Assembly (NCBI GenBank): GCA_050115495.1
Contig: JASFQK010000014.1
Coordinates: 1 to 64,000 of the forward strand
DNA: 64,000 nucleotides
Source of the DNA: Phycisphaerae bacterium
GTDB taxonomy: Bacteria; Planctomycetota; Phycisphaerae; UBA1845; Fen-1342
Direction of reading: 5' to 3'
This document shows, in pieces, positions 48,955 to 58,293 of the stretch. The position numbers were made by a program, and so were the translations under genes. Under the pieces are notes generated by a model. That model was given only the letters and a program-made list of their open reading frames with translations. It did no database searches and had not been told where the DNA came from. Positions within the stretch are counted from its first letter, which is position 1; every line of letters starts with the position of its first letter.

Positions 48955-49878
48955 TCAGGCGAGCGGGTCGGGCGTGCCGGGGTGACCCTCGGGGTGGGCG
49001 CGGGCGTGGTCGGCCGGTTCGAGGTGCGAGGTGATGTGCACCGTCTCGCCGGGGAAGAGGGCTCGCATCGCGTCCTCAAGCTGGGTGACCCGGCGATGCG
49101 CCGTCACCATCGGAAGTTCGCCGGGGACGAGGACGTGGACGTCAATCCAGAGCTCGTCGTTGACGCGGCGGCAACGTAACTGGTGGTGGTCGGCGATGAG
49201 GCCGTCGTTCACGCAGCGCTGGAGACCAGCCTGCAACTTAGCGATCAGCTCGGGTTCGACCGCATCCATCAGGCCGGCGACGGAGCGGCGCACGAGGGCC
49301 CCGCCGCTGTACATGATCCACGCGCCGACAAGCAGCGCCGCCAGCGGGTCGAGCCAGGGGATGCCCGTGAGCATGACGAGGCCGACGCCGGCGATGGCTC
49401 CGGCCGTCGTCCACATGTCGGAGAGGACGTGCTGGCCGTTGGCGACGAGGATGAGGGTGTTGTATCGCCGGCCGACGCGAATGAGCGCGAGTCCGAGGGC
49501 GAGGTTGATCGCCGCCAGAACGGCGGAGATGGCCAGTCCGGCGCCGAGGTGGCGCAGCTCGGGCCCGCGGATGAGGCCGATGATGGCGCTGGCGATCACG
49601 GCCAGCGAGGCGGCGAAGACCAGGGCTCCCTCGAAACCTGCGGAGAAGTAGGCGACGCGGCCGTGGCCGTAGGGGTGGCGGCGATCCGCCGGCTGGGCGG
49701 CGTACCAGAAGCTGAACGCGGCCAGGATGGTGGCGACACCGTGGACGACGGACTCGGCGGCGTCGGAAAGAATGGCGGTGCTGTGCGTGATGGAGTAGGC
49801 GGTGACCTTGCCGACCAGCATGACCATGGCGGCCAGCAGGCTGATCGTCATGGCGGTCTTTCGCGGGTCAGCAGACAT
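48955..49878 (-). CDS. Cation diffusion facilitator (FieF-like) transporter
   Basis: SDAAES, PADRRHPYGHGR, HVLSD, LDP and C-terminal IDVHV...H...HLEP. Confidence 0.92.
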   Translation of the reverse strand: MSADPRKTAMTISLLAAMVMLVGKVTAYSITHSTAILSDAAESVVHGVATILAAFSFWYAAQPADRRHPYGHGRVAYFSAGFEGALVFAASLAVIASAIIGLIRGPELRHLGAGLAISAVLAAINLALGLALIRVGRRYNTLILVANGQHVLSDMWTTAGAIAGVGLVMLTGIPWLDPLAALLVGAWIMYSGGALVRRSVAGLMDAVEPELIAKLQAGLQRCVNDGLIADHHQLRCRRVNDELWIDVHVLVPGELPMVTAHRRVTQLEDAMRALFPGETVHITSHLEPADHARAHPEGHPGTPDPLA

Positions 49879-49904
49879 GGCGGAGCCTCACTCGGCCGAC
49901 CGGC

Positions 49905-51305
49905 TCAGGCGAACAGACGCCAGCCGGCGGCCACTGCGGCGCAAACGACGAGGGCCAGTGCGAGCGGCATGAGGTTCGACCATAACGTCCACTTCACGCT
50001 GCGCGTCTCGCGGTAGATGGTCCACGTCGCCGTGGCGCAAGGGAAATGCAGCAGCGAGAAGAGCATCATGCAGAAGGCGGTGAGGAGTGTCCAGCCGTGC
50101 TCGCGGAAGAGCGCGCCGGCTTCGGCCGCGTCGAGCTCGGTCATCTGGCCGCCGGCCAGGTAGGCCATGATGATCGTGGGGAGGACGATCTCGTTGGCGG
50201 GCAAGGCGATGAAGAAGGCGAGCAGGAGCACACCGTCGAGGCCGAACCACCAGGCAACCGGATCGAGCCAGCCGGTGAGGTGGGCCATGATGCTGGCGCC
50301 GCCGACGTGGACGTTGCCGAGCAGCCAGATCACGCCGCCGGCGGGTGCGGCCGTTACGCAGGCCCGTGCGAGCACGAAGATGGTGCGGTCCATGATCGAG
50401 CGGTGGATCACGCGGAGGATGGCCGGTCGGCGATAAGGCGGTAATTCGAGGTAGAAGTGGCTCGCTTCGCCGCGAAGGACGGTGCCGGACAGCGCGCGGC
50501 AGGCCAGGAACGTGACGATCACGCCGAGCAGGCAGACGCCGGCGACGCAGGCTGTGGCGAGGACGCTGCGCCAGGCGGGTGGGGCGAGCGGGGCGACGAA
50601 GACGGTCGCAATGAGGATGACCGTCGGCCAGCGGCCGTTGCAGAGGACGAAGTTGTTGGTGACGATCGCGAGCAGGCGTTCGCGCGGCGATTCGATGATG
50701 CGGCACGCCGTCACACCCGCCGCATTGCAGCCGAAACCCATGGCCATGGTCAGGGATTGCTTGCCGTGGGCGCCGGCCCAGCGGTACAGGCGGTCGAGGT
50801 TGAAGGCGATACGCGGCAGGTAGCCGACGTCCTCCAGCAGCGTGAAGATCGGGAAGAAGATCGCCATCGGCGGCAACATCACGGAGATGACCCAGGCCAG
50901 GCCGCGGAATACGCCGTGCACCAGGAAGCCGGTCAGCCACCAGGGTGCGCCGACGGCGTTCATTCCCGCGGCAAGCTGGTCGTGGACCCAGAAGAGGCCG
51001 GTCGCCAGCCACTGGCTCGGCACGTTGGCACCAGTGATCGTCATCCAGAGGACGCCGGCGAGGAGCAGCAGCATCGTCGGGAAGCCGGCCCAGCGGCTGG
51101 TGAGGATCTTGTCGGCGAGGAGGTCCCAGTCGATGTGGCCCTTGCCGGTGACGTGGATGGAGGCGCCGGCGATTTCCTCGGCGCGGGTGTAGAGCGAGGC
51201 GGCGATGCGGTCGTGCACGCCGGTGCCGAGCTTGTCGCGCAGCTCGTCAGCGCGGGTCACGACGGCGGGCCAGCCACCGTCGGGTGGGGTCGGCGTGCGG
51301 GTCAT
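49905..51305 (-). CDS. feoB: FeoB membrane (Gate) domain, C-terminal half of a split FeoB
   Basis: LLEDVGYLPRIAF, MGFGCNAA, CNGR, ELPPYRRP, PANE and HFPC; ATG overlaps the stop of the GTPase gene. Confidence 0.9.
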   Translation of the reverse strand: MTRTPTPPDGGWPAVVTRADELRDKLGTGVHDRIAASLYTRAEEIAGASIHVTGKGHIDWDLLADKILTSRWAGFPTMLLLLAGVLWMTITGANVPSQWLATGLFWVHDQLAAGMNAVGAPWWLTGFLVHGVFRGLAWVISVMLPPMAIFFPIFTLLEDVGYLPRIAFNLDRLYRWAGAHGKQSLTMAMGFGCNAAGVTACRIIESPRERLLAIVTNNFVLCNGRWPTVILIATVFVAPLAPPAWRSVLATACVAGVCLLGVIVTFLACRALSGTVLRGEASHFYLELPPYRRPAILRVIHRSIMDRTIFVLARACVTAAPAGGVIWLLGNVHVGGASIMAHLTGWLDPVAWWFGLDGVLLLAFFIALPANEIVLPTIIMAYLAGGQMTELDAAEAGALFREHGWTLLTAFCMMLFSLLHFPCATATWTIYRETRSVKWTLWSNLMPLALALVVCAAVAAGWRLFA

Positions 51306-52099
51306 GTGTACTCCCCCCGGCCGCCCGTCGCGATGAGCTGCCGCAGTTCGCCCGTTGCGACCATCTCGCGCATGCGTTCGTCGCCGGCGAGGAGGCGGAG
51401 GGCGATCCAGCGGGCGCACTTCAGGCCGGGCAGCGATGCGGTCAGCATGGCGGCGAGTTCGGCGACGGCGGGTTCGAGCTCATTGTCGAACTCGAGGCGG
51501 ATCGGTTGGGGCGTGCTGCGGCCGGCGGCAATCTCGTGCACGTGGTTGATCAGGTGATCGAGCCCCTGCCCCCGGCGAGCGGCCGTCGGCACGACCGGCA
51601 CGCCGAGCTCCTCTTCGAGCACGCGGGCTTCGAGAGCGATCTTCTTGCGGTTCGCCTCGTCGATGAGATTGGCGCAGACGACGACGCGGTCTGTGATTTG
51701 CAGGATTTGCAGGGCGAGGCCGAGGTTGCGTTCGAGGACGGTCGCGTCGCAGACGACGATCGTGCAGTCGGGGTTGCCGAAGAGGATGAAGTCGCGGGCG
51801 ACCTGCTCGTCGATGCTGTCGGCCAGGAGCGAATATGTGCCGGGAAGGTCGACGAGCTTGAACGTGGAGCCGGCGTGCTCGAAGGAGCCCTCGGCGCGGG
51901 CGACGGTCTTGCCGGGCCAATTGCCGGTGTGCTGGCGGAGGCCGGTGAGGTGGTTGAAGACGGTGCTCTTGCCCGTGTTGGGGTTGCCGGCGAGGGCGAC
52001 GACGAAATCGTGCCGTCCGCCGATCGTCAGGGCGACGGCTGACGGAGACTCCGCCGAGGGACGACCACTGCACGAACCGCAATCGGGCACGCCTGGCAC
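51302..52099 (-). CDS. feoB: FeoB GTPase domain, N-terminal half of a split FeoB
   Basis: GNPNTGKST, GNWPGKTV, DLPGTYSL and NLIDE. Confidence 0.92.
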   Translation of the reverse strand: MPGVPDCGSCSGRPSAESPSAVALTIGGRHDFVVALAGNPNTGKSTVFNHLTGLRQHTGNWPGKTVARAEGSFEHAGSTFKLVDLPGTYSLLADSIDEQVARDFILFGNPDCTIVVCDATVLERNLGLALQILQITDRVVVCANLIDEANRKKIALEARVLEEELGVPVVPTAARRGQGLDHLINHVHEIAAGRSTPQPIRLEFDNELEPAVAELAAMLTASLPGLKCARWIALRLLAGDERMREMVATGELRQLIATGGRGEYT

Positions 52100-52666
52100 C
52101 TTCCTTTGCGCTCAGGAGACCGCGAGATCAACCGCGAAGCATACCATGTCCCCGCTGGGCGGGGCGACCGGTCACAGGTGTGCTATTGCCAGTGAACTTG
52201 CGTGGCATATTGAAGCCTCAGGCGCCGGCACGTCTTCTTCTCGCGCTGGGGCGACATGCCGGCGCTGCGCTTCGGCATGCCACACGCCGAATGGCGCCCG
52301 ACGCGCGCTTCTGTCCGAGCCGCAACCGGCAGGGAGCGGTGTACGCAGACGGCACCGTTATTGGCGGCGACCCGTCGCTGCCGCTCAGGGCTCGGATCGG
52401 GGGCGGCGGCGCGTCCTTGGGGGTATCGAACGTGTGCCGGGGTCAAGAGACGTTGCTCAAGAGCAGTGGCACACCGTGGCGTTTGTTGGCGATCGACGTC
52501 GGCCACGGGGGGCCGGCGCTACGGAGATCGCCACGACGGACGCTCGCCGACAACCGACGTCCGACACGGAGGCGGACGCTACATGCCACGCAACTCGCAC
52601 AGCCAGAACATCAATGGACGACGGCCGCGCCCGGCAACCCGGGGCGGCCGTCGGCACGCCCGAACA

Positions 52667-52894
52667 TCACACCATTACCGAAATCTGTCCCGCATCGTCG
52701 GCTCGGAGGGCGATCATGGCACCGCGGAAGCGGTAGCAGGCCGTGTCGCCGATTGGGCTGTCCATCACCCGCTCCACGACCGTTCCGGGAAGAAGGCCGA
52801 GGTCGAAGAGGCGCTGACGGAGGGAGCCACTGGCGGAAACGGAAAGGACGCGACCGGCATTGCCGCGTTTCAGGTTGCTCATCGGCATACTCAT
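52667..52894 (-). CDS. feoA: FeoA family protein
   Basis: LRQRLFDLGLLPGT.V...SPIGD...RGAMIALR; AGGAG RBS. Confidence 0.9.
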   Translation of the reverse strand: MSMPMSNLKRGNAGRVLSVSASGSLRQRLFDLGLLPGTVVERVMDSPIGDTACYRFRGAMIALRADDAGQISVMV

Positions 52895-53036
52895 CGGATT
52901 CACTCCTGCGGGCGGGAGCGTTGGTCGTAACCCGCATCACCGCCGTTGGTTGCTATCGTCTCGCGGCCGATTCGATCTCAGGTGTCCAGCGGCCGCGTCG
53001 ATTCACCCCACATGGTGAATCGTAGCACACCCTTAG

Positions 53037-53058
53037 AAACGTAGCCACGGTTACATTT
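53037..53058. promoter_or_regulatory. Palindromic operator upstream of feoA (DtxR/MntR-type metal repressor site by inference)
   Basis: AAACGTAGCCACGGTTACATTT is an imperfect 22-bp palindrome in an AT-rich patch ~140 bp upstream of feoA. Confidence 0.55.
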
Positions 53059-53357
53059 ATTCCCTGAGGGGGTATTTTTCTTGCGGTGTCTGGGGAGTCT
53101 CTCAGGTCGGGTGACGTAACTGGTTGTTATGACATGTGTTAGCGAATGTTGGCCGATAACCTGCGCGCCCGCTTTCCGCGACGCAGACGTGCCGCGGCCC
53201 CTGTCGCGACATGCGGGGCGAGCGTGGTTTAGCTCGCCCGATAAGCGGGCCCTGGTTGTGCAATCCGCACCCGCAATGGATCGATTAACGGCTCCCCTGG
53301 AACCTGTCCGGCGGACGGTCTCCCAGGGCGGTTGGTGTCCCGCTAAGGGCCGCCGGG

Positions 53358-55079
53358 CTACATGTTACCCCAGCCGACAGGGGAGGCCCCCGCGCCGGTG
53401 TTGATCGTGTAACCCCGCTCATGCGCCCAACGCCTAGCCGCTGCGCTGAGCTTCCGTTGCCCGCAGTTCAGGAATACCTCGGCCATCTCCCGGTTGCCGC
53501 GCTCGTTGAGCGTTTGCGCAAGCTCCGCCAACACCTCGTCTTTGCCGCAGCCGATCAACGCGTAGAGCGCGTTGTGCATCGCCCGTGTCGAGTCGCCGAT
53601 GACGTCCTGCATCAGAACCGCCCTGGTGGTGGGCCAGCGATCGAGGAGTGCCTGACGCTGCCGCCTGGCCACGAGGTAGTGAATGCGGTCGGATTCGGTG
53701 GTAGGAATCCACCGGAGCCTCTCGAGTGCCAACGCCGCATCCGGCCCTGTCCCCCAGTCGAGCAGGCAATCGACGAGGACTCCGGCGGCATCCTCGCCGC
53801 CCAAGCGGAAGATCGTACGAATGGCCACAGTGCGCTGGTCCGATTCCAGCTCGGGGAGCTTCCGGACGATTGCGACCAGAGCTGTCCGGTCGCCAATCAA
53901 GCCCAGTGCCTCGATCGACGCTTCGCGCAGGTCCCGGAGCCGGTACCAGTCTTGGGATCCCTGCTCCCTGTTCAGAATCGTCACCAGCGGGACTACGGCC
54001 TGTTTCGCACGCAGCTTGCCAAGAGCCTCGGCAGCAGCCTCCTGCACCTCCATGTCCTCATCACTGAGTGCGGTGAGCAGAGGCCCGATCGCTTCGCGGT
54101 CGCCTAGCTGGCCCAGTGCGCGGGCGGCTGCTACCTGGAGTTCGCTGTCCTCGGCACGCAACGTCTCGATCAACGCTCCCACATCACGCCGACCACCCAG
54201 CGGCTGCGTGTCACGGTAGTTCTCCAGCCACCGCGCCCAGCGGTAACGGGGACTACCCAGTTTCATAAGCGTTCTCGCTATGTCGTGCGTCGCGTCGGCG
54301 CTGGCGTCGCAGAGTCGGGCTTCCAGCGGTTCGATGGCCGGCTCGCCTATGTGAACAAGAATAGTCATCGCCAAGTCGCTGACGCTGGTTGACGAGAAAC
54401 TCCCGAGGACGGGATCCGCTATGAACTGCGACTCGCCTCGGCGCCTGGACAGAAAGCGGAAGGTGCCGAGGACACGAGAAAGTGGGTCGACCGCAGCCGG
54501 GCCGATCTCGGCCAGAGCGACTGCTGCAGCAACCCGGACCTGGCTGTGTTCATCCTCCAACAACTCGATGAGCGGTTCGACCGCTGTGGCCTCACGAAGC
54601 CATCCCAAGCTGTTGGCCGCTGATAGCCGCATCGGCCAGGCGTCGTCCTTCAACGCCGCGATCAACCGCTCCGCGGTGTCAGGACCGCCTACCTGAGCCA
54701 ACGCCCGAGCGGCAGCGGCCCGAACGAACTCATCTTCGTCATCGAGGGCAGCGGTCACCGCCTGCCCAGCGTCCGGGCCGCCCACATGGCTGAGGCCCAC
54801 CGCTGCGGATGCACGCTCCTCCCAGCTTGCGGCGCCCAAACGCGCGATCTCCTCCGCCTCTGTCCGGGTCTCTTCGGTCTTGGCGGGCGGCATGCTCGTG
54901 TCGGGGATCGCCGCCGCGGACTCGGGATTGGGCGTAGGTTCACTTCGCGGCGTGCCAGCCGGCTCGTACCGCCCCAACGGCCCGGCGGTCCGGGGTCTTT
55001 GCGGCCCGCAGCCACCCACACCCGCTATCACAAACACGACCGACAAGCGTAAGGCGAGTAGTACTGTCTGATGCTTCAC
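53358..55079 (-). CDS. HEAT/PBS-lyase repeat lipoprotein
   Basis: Lipobox VGGC, Pro-rich linker and many LxDxxxxVRxxAAxALG repeats. Confidence 0.85.
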   Translation of the reverse strand: MKHQTVLLALRLSVVFVIAGVGGCGPQRPRTAGPLGRYEPAGTPRSEPTPNPESAAAIPDTSMPPAKTEETRTEAEEIARLGAASWEERASAAVGLSHVGGPDAGQAVTAALDDEDEFVRAAAARALAQVGGPDTAERLIAALKDDAWPMRLSAANSLGWLREATAVEPLIELLEDEHSQVRVAAAVALAEIGPAAVDPLSRVLGTFRFLSRRRGESQFIADPVLGSFSSTSVSDLAMTILVHIGEPAIEPLEARLCDASADATHDIARTLMKLGSPRYRWARWLENYRDTQPLGGRRDVGALIETLRAEDSELQVAAARALGQLGDREAIGPLLTALSDEDMEVQEAAAEALGKLRAKQAVVPLVTILNREQGSQDWYRLRDLREASIEALGLIGDRTALVAIVRKLPELESDQRTVAIRTIFRLGGEDAAGVLVDCLLDWGTGPDAALALERLRWIPTTESDRIHYLVARRQRQALLDRWPTTRAVLMQDVIGDSTRAMHNALYALIGCGKDEVLAELAQTLNERGNREMAEVFLNCGQRKLSAAARRWAHERGYTINTGAGASPVGWGNM

Positions 55080-55390
55080 CGCCCAGGTCCTCCACAAGAC
55101 AATCCGCCACCCAATGCAAACCGCCCTGCTGAGACTGATCACCTTTCCGACCTTTCCCAACGGACGTCCACCCGGCTACGCGGTCAGGTGAGGTTCTGTC
55201 ATTGTAAGACCACGCTTGGCCTCGCCACAATCCGGCGGCTGACGGGCCGGGGAGAAGCCGCGCTCCAGCTTGCTGCTCGTGATCGTTGGCACGCTACGTC
55301 GTCCCCGGTAGTGAGTATACTCCGTTGCGTAATCGCCTGAGGCGTGCGCCTGCAGGTTCGGCGAGCCGCCGAGGTGGCGGAGGTGAGCGC

Positions 55391-56395
55391 GTGGCACGAG
55401 ATGACCGAACGAATGACGGTGCCCGGGCGCGAAGCCCTGCGAACCGGTTGGGGCTGGACTACCGGGCCGCTGCCCCCCACCGACTCGTCGGTTGCTCGCC
55501 TATCGACGTCCACACGCACGTACATCGTTGCCCGACCACGGCGGCGTTCTTTGAGGCCGCCGACACGTACGGGATCGGGCGGATCGTTTCGATGTCGCCG
55601 CTGGCGGATGTGCCGGGGTTGCTCACGGACTGGCCGGGGCGGCTGGAGTTCATTGCTGTCCCGCGCTGGCGGGAGTTGGCCAACGCGGCCCACTTTCAGC
55701 GGCAGTGGCTCGCCGATCTGGAGACGTTCCGGACGCACGGGGCCCGGGTGATGAAGTTCTGGGCGGCGCCGCGGCTGCGCGGGGACCTCGGGCTTACGAT
55801 CGATCACGACTTCTTCGGCCCGCTCATCCGAGAAGGGCTCGAGCTCGGCTACGACTTCATGGTGCACGTCGGCGATCCGAGCCCGTGGTTCGCGCCGGGC
55901 GGGCAGTACGCCGACGCGAGCCGGTACGGGACGAAGCTGCGGCAGTACGAGCAGCTCGAGTTTCTTCTGGAAGCGGTCGCGCCGCGGTTCGTCATCGCGG
56001 CGCATCTTGGCGGGAGCGTCGAGGAGCCGGACTTCCTCCAGGGGCTGCTCGATCGCTATTCGCACCTGTACCTCGATTGCAGTGCGACAAAGTGGATCGT
56101 TCGCGGCGTCGCGGACCAACCGGAGTGGCTGCGGGCGTTCTTCGTGCAGAACGCGGATCGCATCTTGTTCGGGACGGACATCGTCGTGGATGGGCGGTTT
56201 GACTTCGAGCATTACGCCAGCCGGTACTGGGCGCATCAGACGATGTGGGAGACGGCGTATCGCGGCGAGAGTCCGATCGATGACCCGGACGCGGACGGGG
56301 CGCCGCGGCTCGCAGGGATTGATCTGCCGATGAAGGTGCTGGAGAAGCTGTACGTCGGGAATGCGCGGCGGTTGGGGTTTGGGGAGGGGGCGTAG
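55391..56395 (+). CDS. Amidohydrolase (TIM-barrel) family protein
   Basis: IDVHTH, MVHVGDP, IAAHLGG, YLDCSA and DRILFGTD; GGAGGTG RBS before GTG 55391. Confidence 0.88.
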   Translation: MARDDRTNDGARARSPANRLGLDYRAAAPHRLVGCSPIDVHTHVHRCPTTAAFFEAADTYGIGRIVSMSPLADVPGLLTDWPGRLEFIAVPRWRELANAAHFQRQWLADLETFRTHGARVMKFWAAPRLRGDLGLTIDHDFFGPLIREGLELGYDFMVHVGDPSPWFAPGGQYADASRYGTKLRQYEQLEFLLEAVAPRFVIAAHLGGSVEEPDFLQGLLDRYSHLYLDCSATKWIVRGVADQPEWLRAFFVQNADRILFGTDIVVDGRFDFEHYASRYWAHQTMWETAYRGESPIDDPDADGAPRLAGIDLPMKVLEKLYVGNARRLGFGEGA

Positions 56396-56575
56396 CGTTT
56401 GTCGGCGTTCGACGTCGGCCACGGGGGGCCGACGCTACGGGGGTGTGGCATGCTGAAGCGCAGCGCCGGCATGTCTTCTGCTCGCGTCAGGGACCATATG
56501 CCGGCGCTGCGCTTCGGCATGCCACACTGATCCGACGGCTACACAATGGTGGGGATGGGCGGGTAGCATCTGGGC

Positions 56576-58246
56576 ATGACGGATGTGGCGGGTCAGGATC
56601 GTTCTTCGCACGCGAGCAGGTTGGTGCTCGTGCTCATCCTGCTGGTGGCGGCGGGGCTGCGGCTTGTGGATCAGCCGGGAACTCCGCCGGGGATGAACCA
56701 TGATGCGGCGGCGAATGCATGGAACGCGTGGTGTCTGCTGAAGACGGGCACGGATCAGGAAGGCTGCGCGTGGCCGATCTTCTACTTCCGCGCGCATGGT
56801 GAGAACCGGAGCACGCTCTTCCTCTACCTGCTGCTGCCGTTTGAGGCGATCGGCGGGCTGAGCGTGTACACCAGCCGGCTGCCGGCGATTGTCGGCGGGC
56901 TGGCCACAGTGCTGCTCGTGTACTGGGTTGCGCGGTGGCTGTTCGATCAGCCAACCGCGCTGGCCGCCGCCGGCTTGCTGGCGATTAATCCGACGCACAT
57001 ACAGATGAGCCGTTGGGGGCACGAGGCGTCGGTGGCGCCGCTATTGACGCTGCTGCCGCTGGCGGCGTTGTTGTGGGCCGGTCTGCCACCGACGCAGGGG
57101 CAGGTTCGGCCGCGCCCCGGGCGGGCGCTGCTCGCCGGGCTGCTCGCGGGCGTGTGCTGCTACGGCTATCCGGCGGTTCGGCTGTTCCTGCCGCCGCTGG
57201 CCGTGGCCATCGTGCTGGTGGATGTGCGGGGCTGGTGGAGATTGCTGAACGATTGGCGCGGGCGGTTGGCCGTTGCCGGGCTCGCGCTCGGGTTGCTGGT
57301 TACGTTCACACCGCTGGCGTGGCAGCACGTCGTCGATCACGAGCACATCGGCAAACGGGCCGCGACAACGTGGATCTGGCAGGCCGACGATCCGCCGGCG
57401 ACGAAGGCCACGCGCGTATTGGAGCGCTACGCGGAACACTTCTCGCCCAAGTTCCTCCTGCGCGCGGGCGATGCGGACGAGGTGCTCTGGACGACCGGAT
57501 TCGGGTTTCTGCCGTGGTACTGCGTGCCGCTGCTGGCCGCGGGGCTGGTGGTCGTCGTGCCGCGCTTGCGAGATTCTGTCGCCGCCCGGCTCATTCCGGC
57601 GGGGATTGTGCTCTTTCCAGTCGGTGACATGCTCAACCGGCACATCAGCATGCACGGCCTACGCAGCTCGGCGGGGCTGATCTTCCTCATCCTGCCGGCG
57701 GCCGTGGGAGTGGGGCAAGGACTGGCGTACCTTGCGACGCGGCGCAAACGGGCGGCACTCGTGGCGGCGACGGTAGCGCTCGTCGCCCTGATCGTGCCCG
57801 AGACGGCCCGCTTCCTGCACGCATACTTCGTCGAGCGTCCGCCGCGCAGCGCGGTCTACAACGGCACGCAGGTCGACGTGCTCGAAGCGTGCCGCTATCT
57901 GAAGCCGCGGTTCGACGACGTCGACGCGGTCGTCTGCACGGCGTACGACACGAATCAGCCGTACCTGCTGATGCTGGTGAGCCTGGGCTACGACCCGCAG
58001 CGCTGGTTCGCCGAGCCGCGGGAGATCGAGCGCGGCCTGTGGGATCGGTACCTGCGCGTGGGCAAGATGTACTTCACGTTCGCCGACGAGCGCGACGCGC
58101 TCATCGCCCGCTGGCGAGAGAACGGGCGACCCGACCGCGTCTTTCTCATCCTCAACCCGGACGAGCCGGCGCCGGGACCGGCCGTGCATCGCATCATCCG
58201 CCCGGACGGTTCGACGGCCCGCGTGCTGTACGACGTGACGCTCTGA
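56576..58246 (+). CDS. ArnT/PMT-like (GT-C) membrane glycosyltransferase, paralog 1
   Basis: LRL...PPGMNHDAA.NAWNA..LLKTG.D..G..WP, SRLPA and AINPTHIQMSR; multiple TMs. Confidence 0.88.
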   Translation: MTDVAGQDRSSHASRLVLVLILLVAAGLRLVDQPGTPPGMNHDAAANAWNAWCLLKTGTDQEGCAWPIFYFRAHGENRSTLFLYLLLPFEAIGGLSVYTSRLPAIVGGLATVLLVYWVARWLFDQPTALAAAGLLAINPTHIQMSRWGHEASVAPLLTLLPLAALLWAGLPPTQGQVRPRPGRALLAGLLAGVCCYGYPAVRLFLPPLAVAIVLVDVRGWWRLLNDWRGRLAVAGLALGLLVTFTPLAWQHVVDHEHIGKRAATTWIWQADDPPATKATRVLERYAEHFSPKFLLRAGDADEVLWTTGFGFLPWYCVPLLAAGLVVVVPRLRDSVAARLIPAGIVLFPVGDMLNRHISMHGLRSSAGLIFLILPAAVGVGQGLAYLATRRKRAALVAATVALVALIVPETARFLHAYFVERPPRSAVYNGTQVDVLEACRYLKPRFDDVDAVVCTAYDTNQPYLLMLVSLGYDPQRWFAEPREIERGLWDRYLRVGKMYFTFADERDALIARWRENGRPDRVFLILNPDEPAPGPAVHRIIRPDGSTARVLYDVTL

Positions 58247-58293
58247 CGGCGGCGCATCTTTCTGCCCGTCACGCCGGCGGGTAGCATCCGTTC

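Noticed and set aside
51302..51305. feoB split as a frameshift pseudogene
   Set aside because: Clean ATGA overlap with an upstream G-rich RBS and both halves intact; fits a natural two-gene FeoB.
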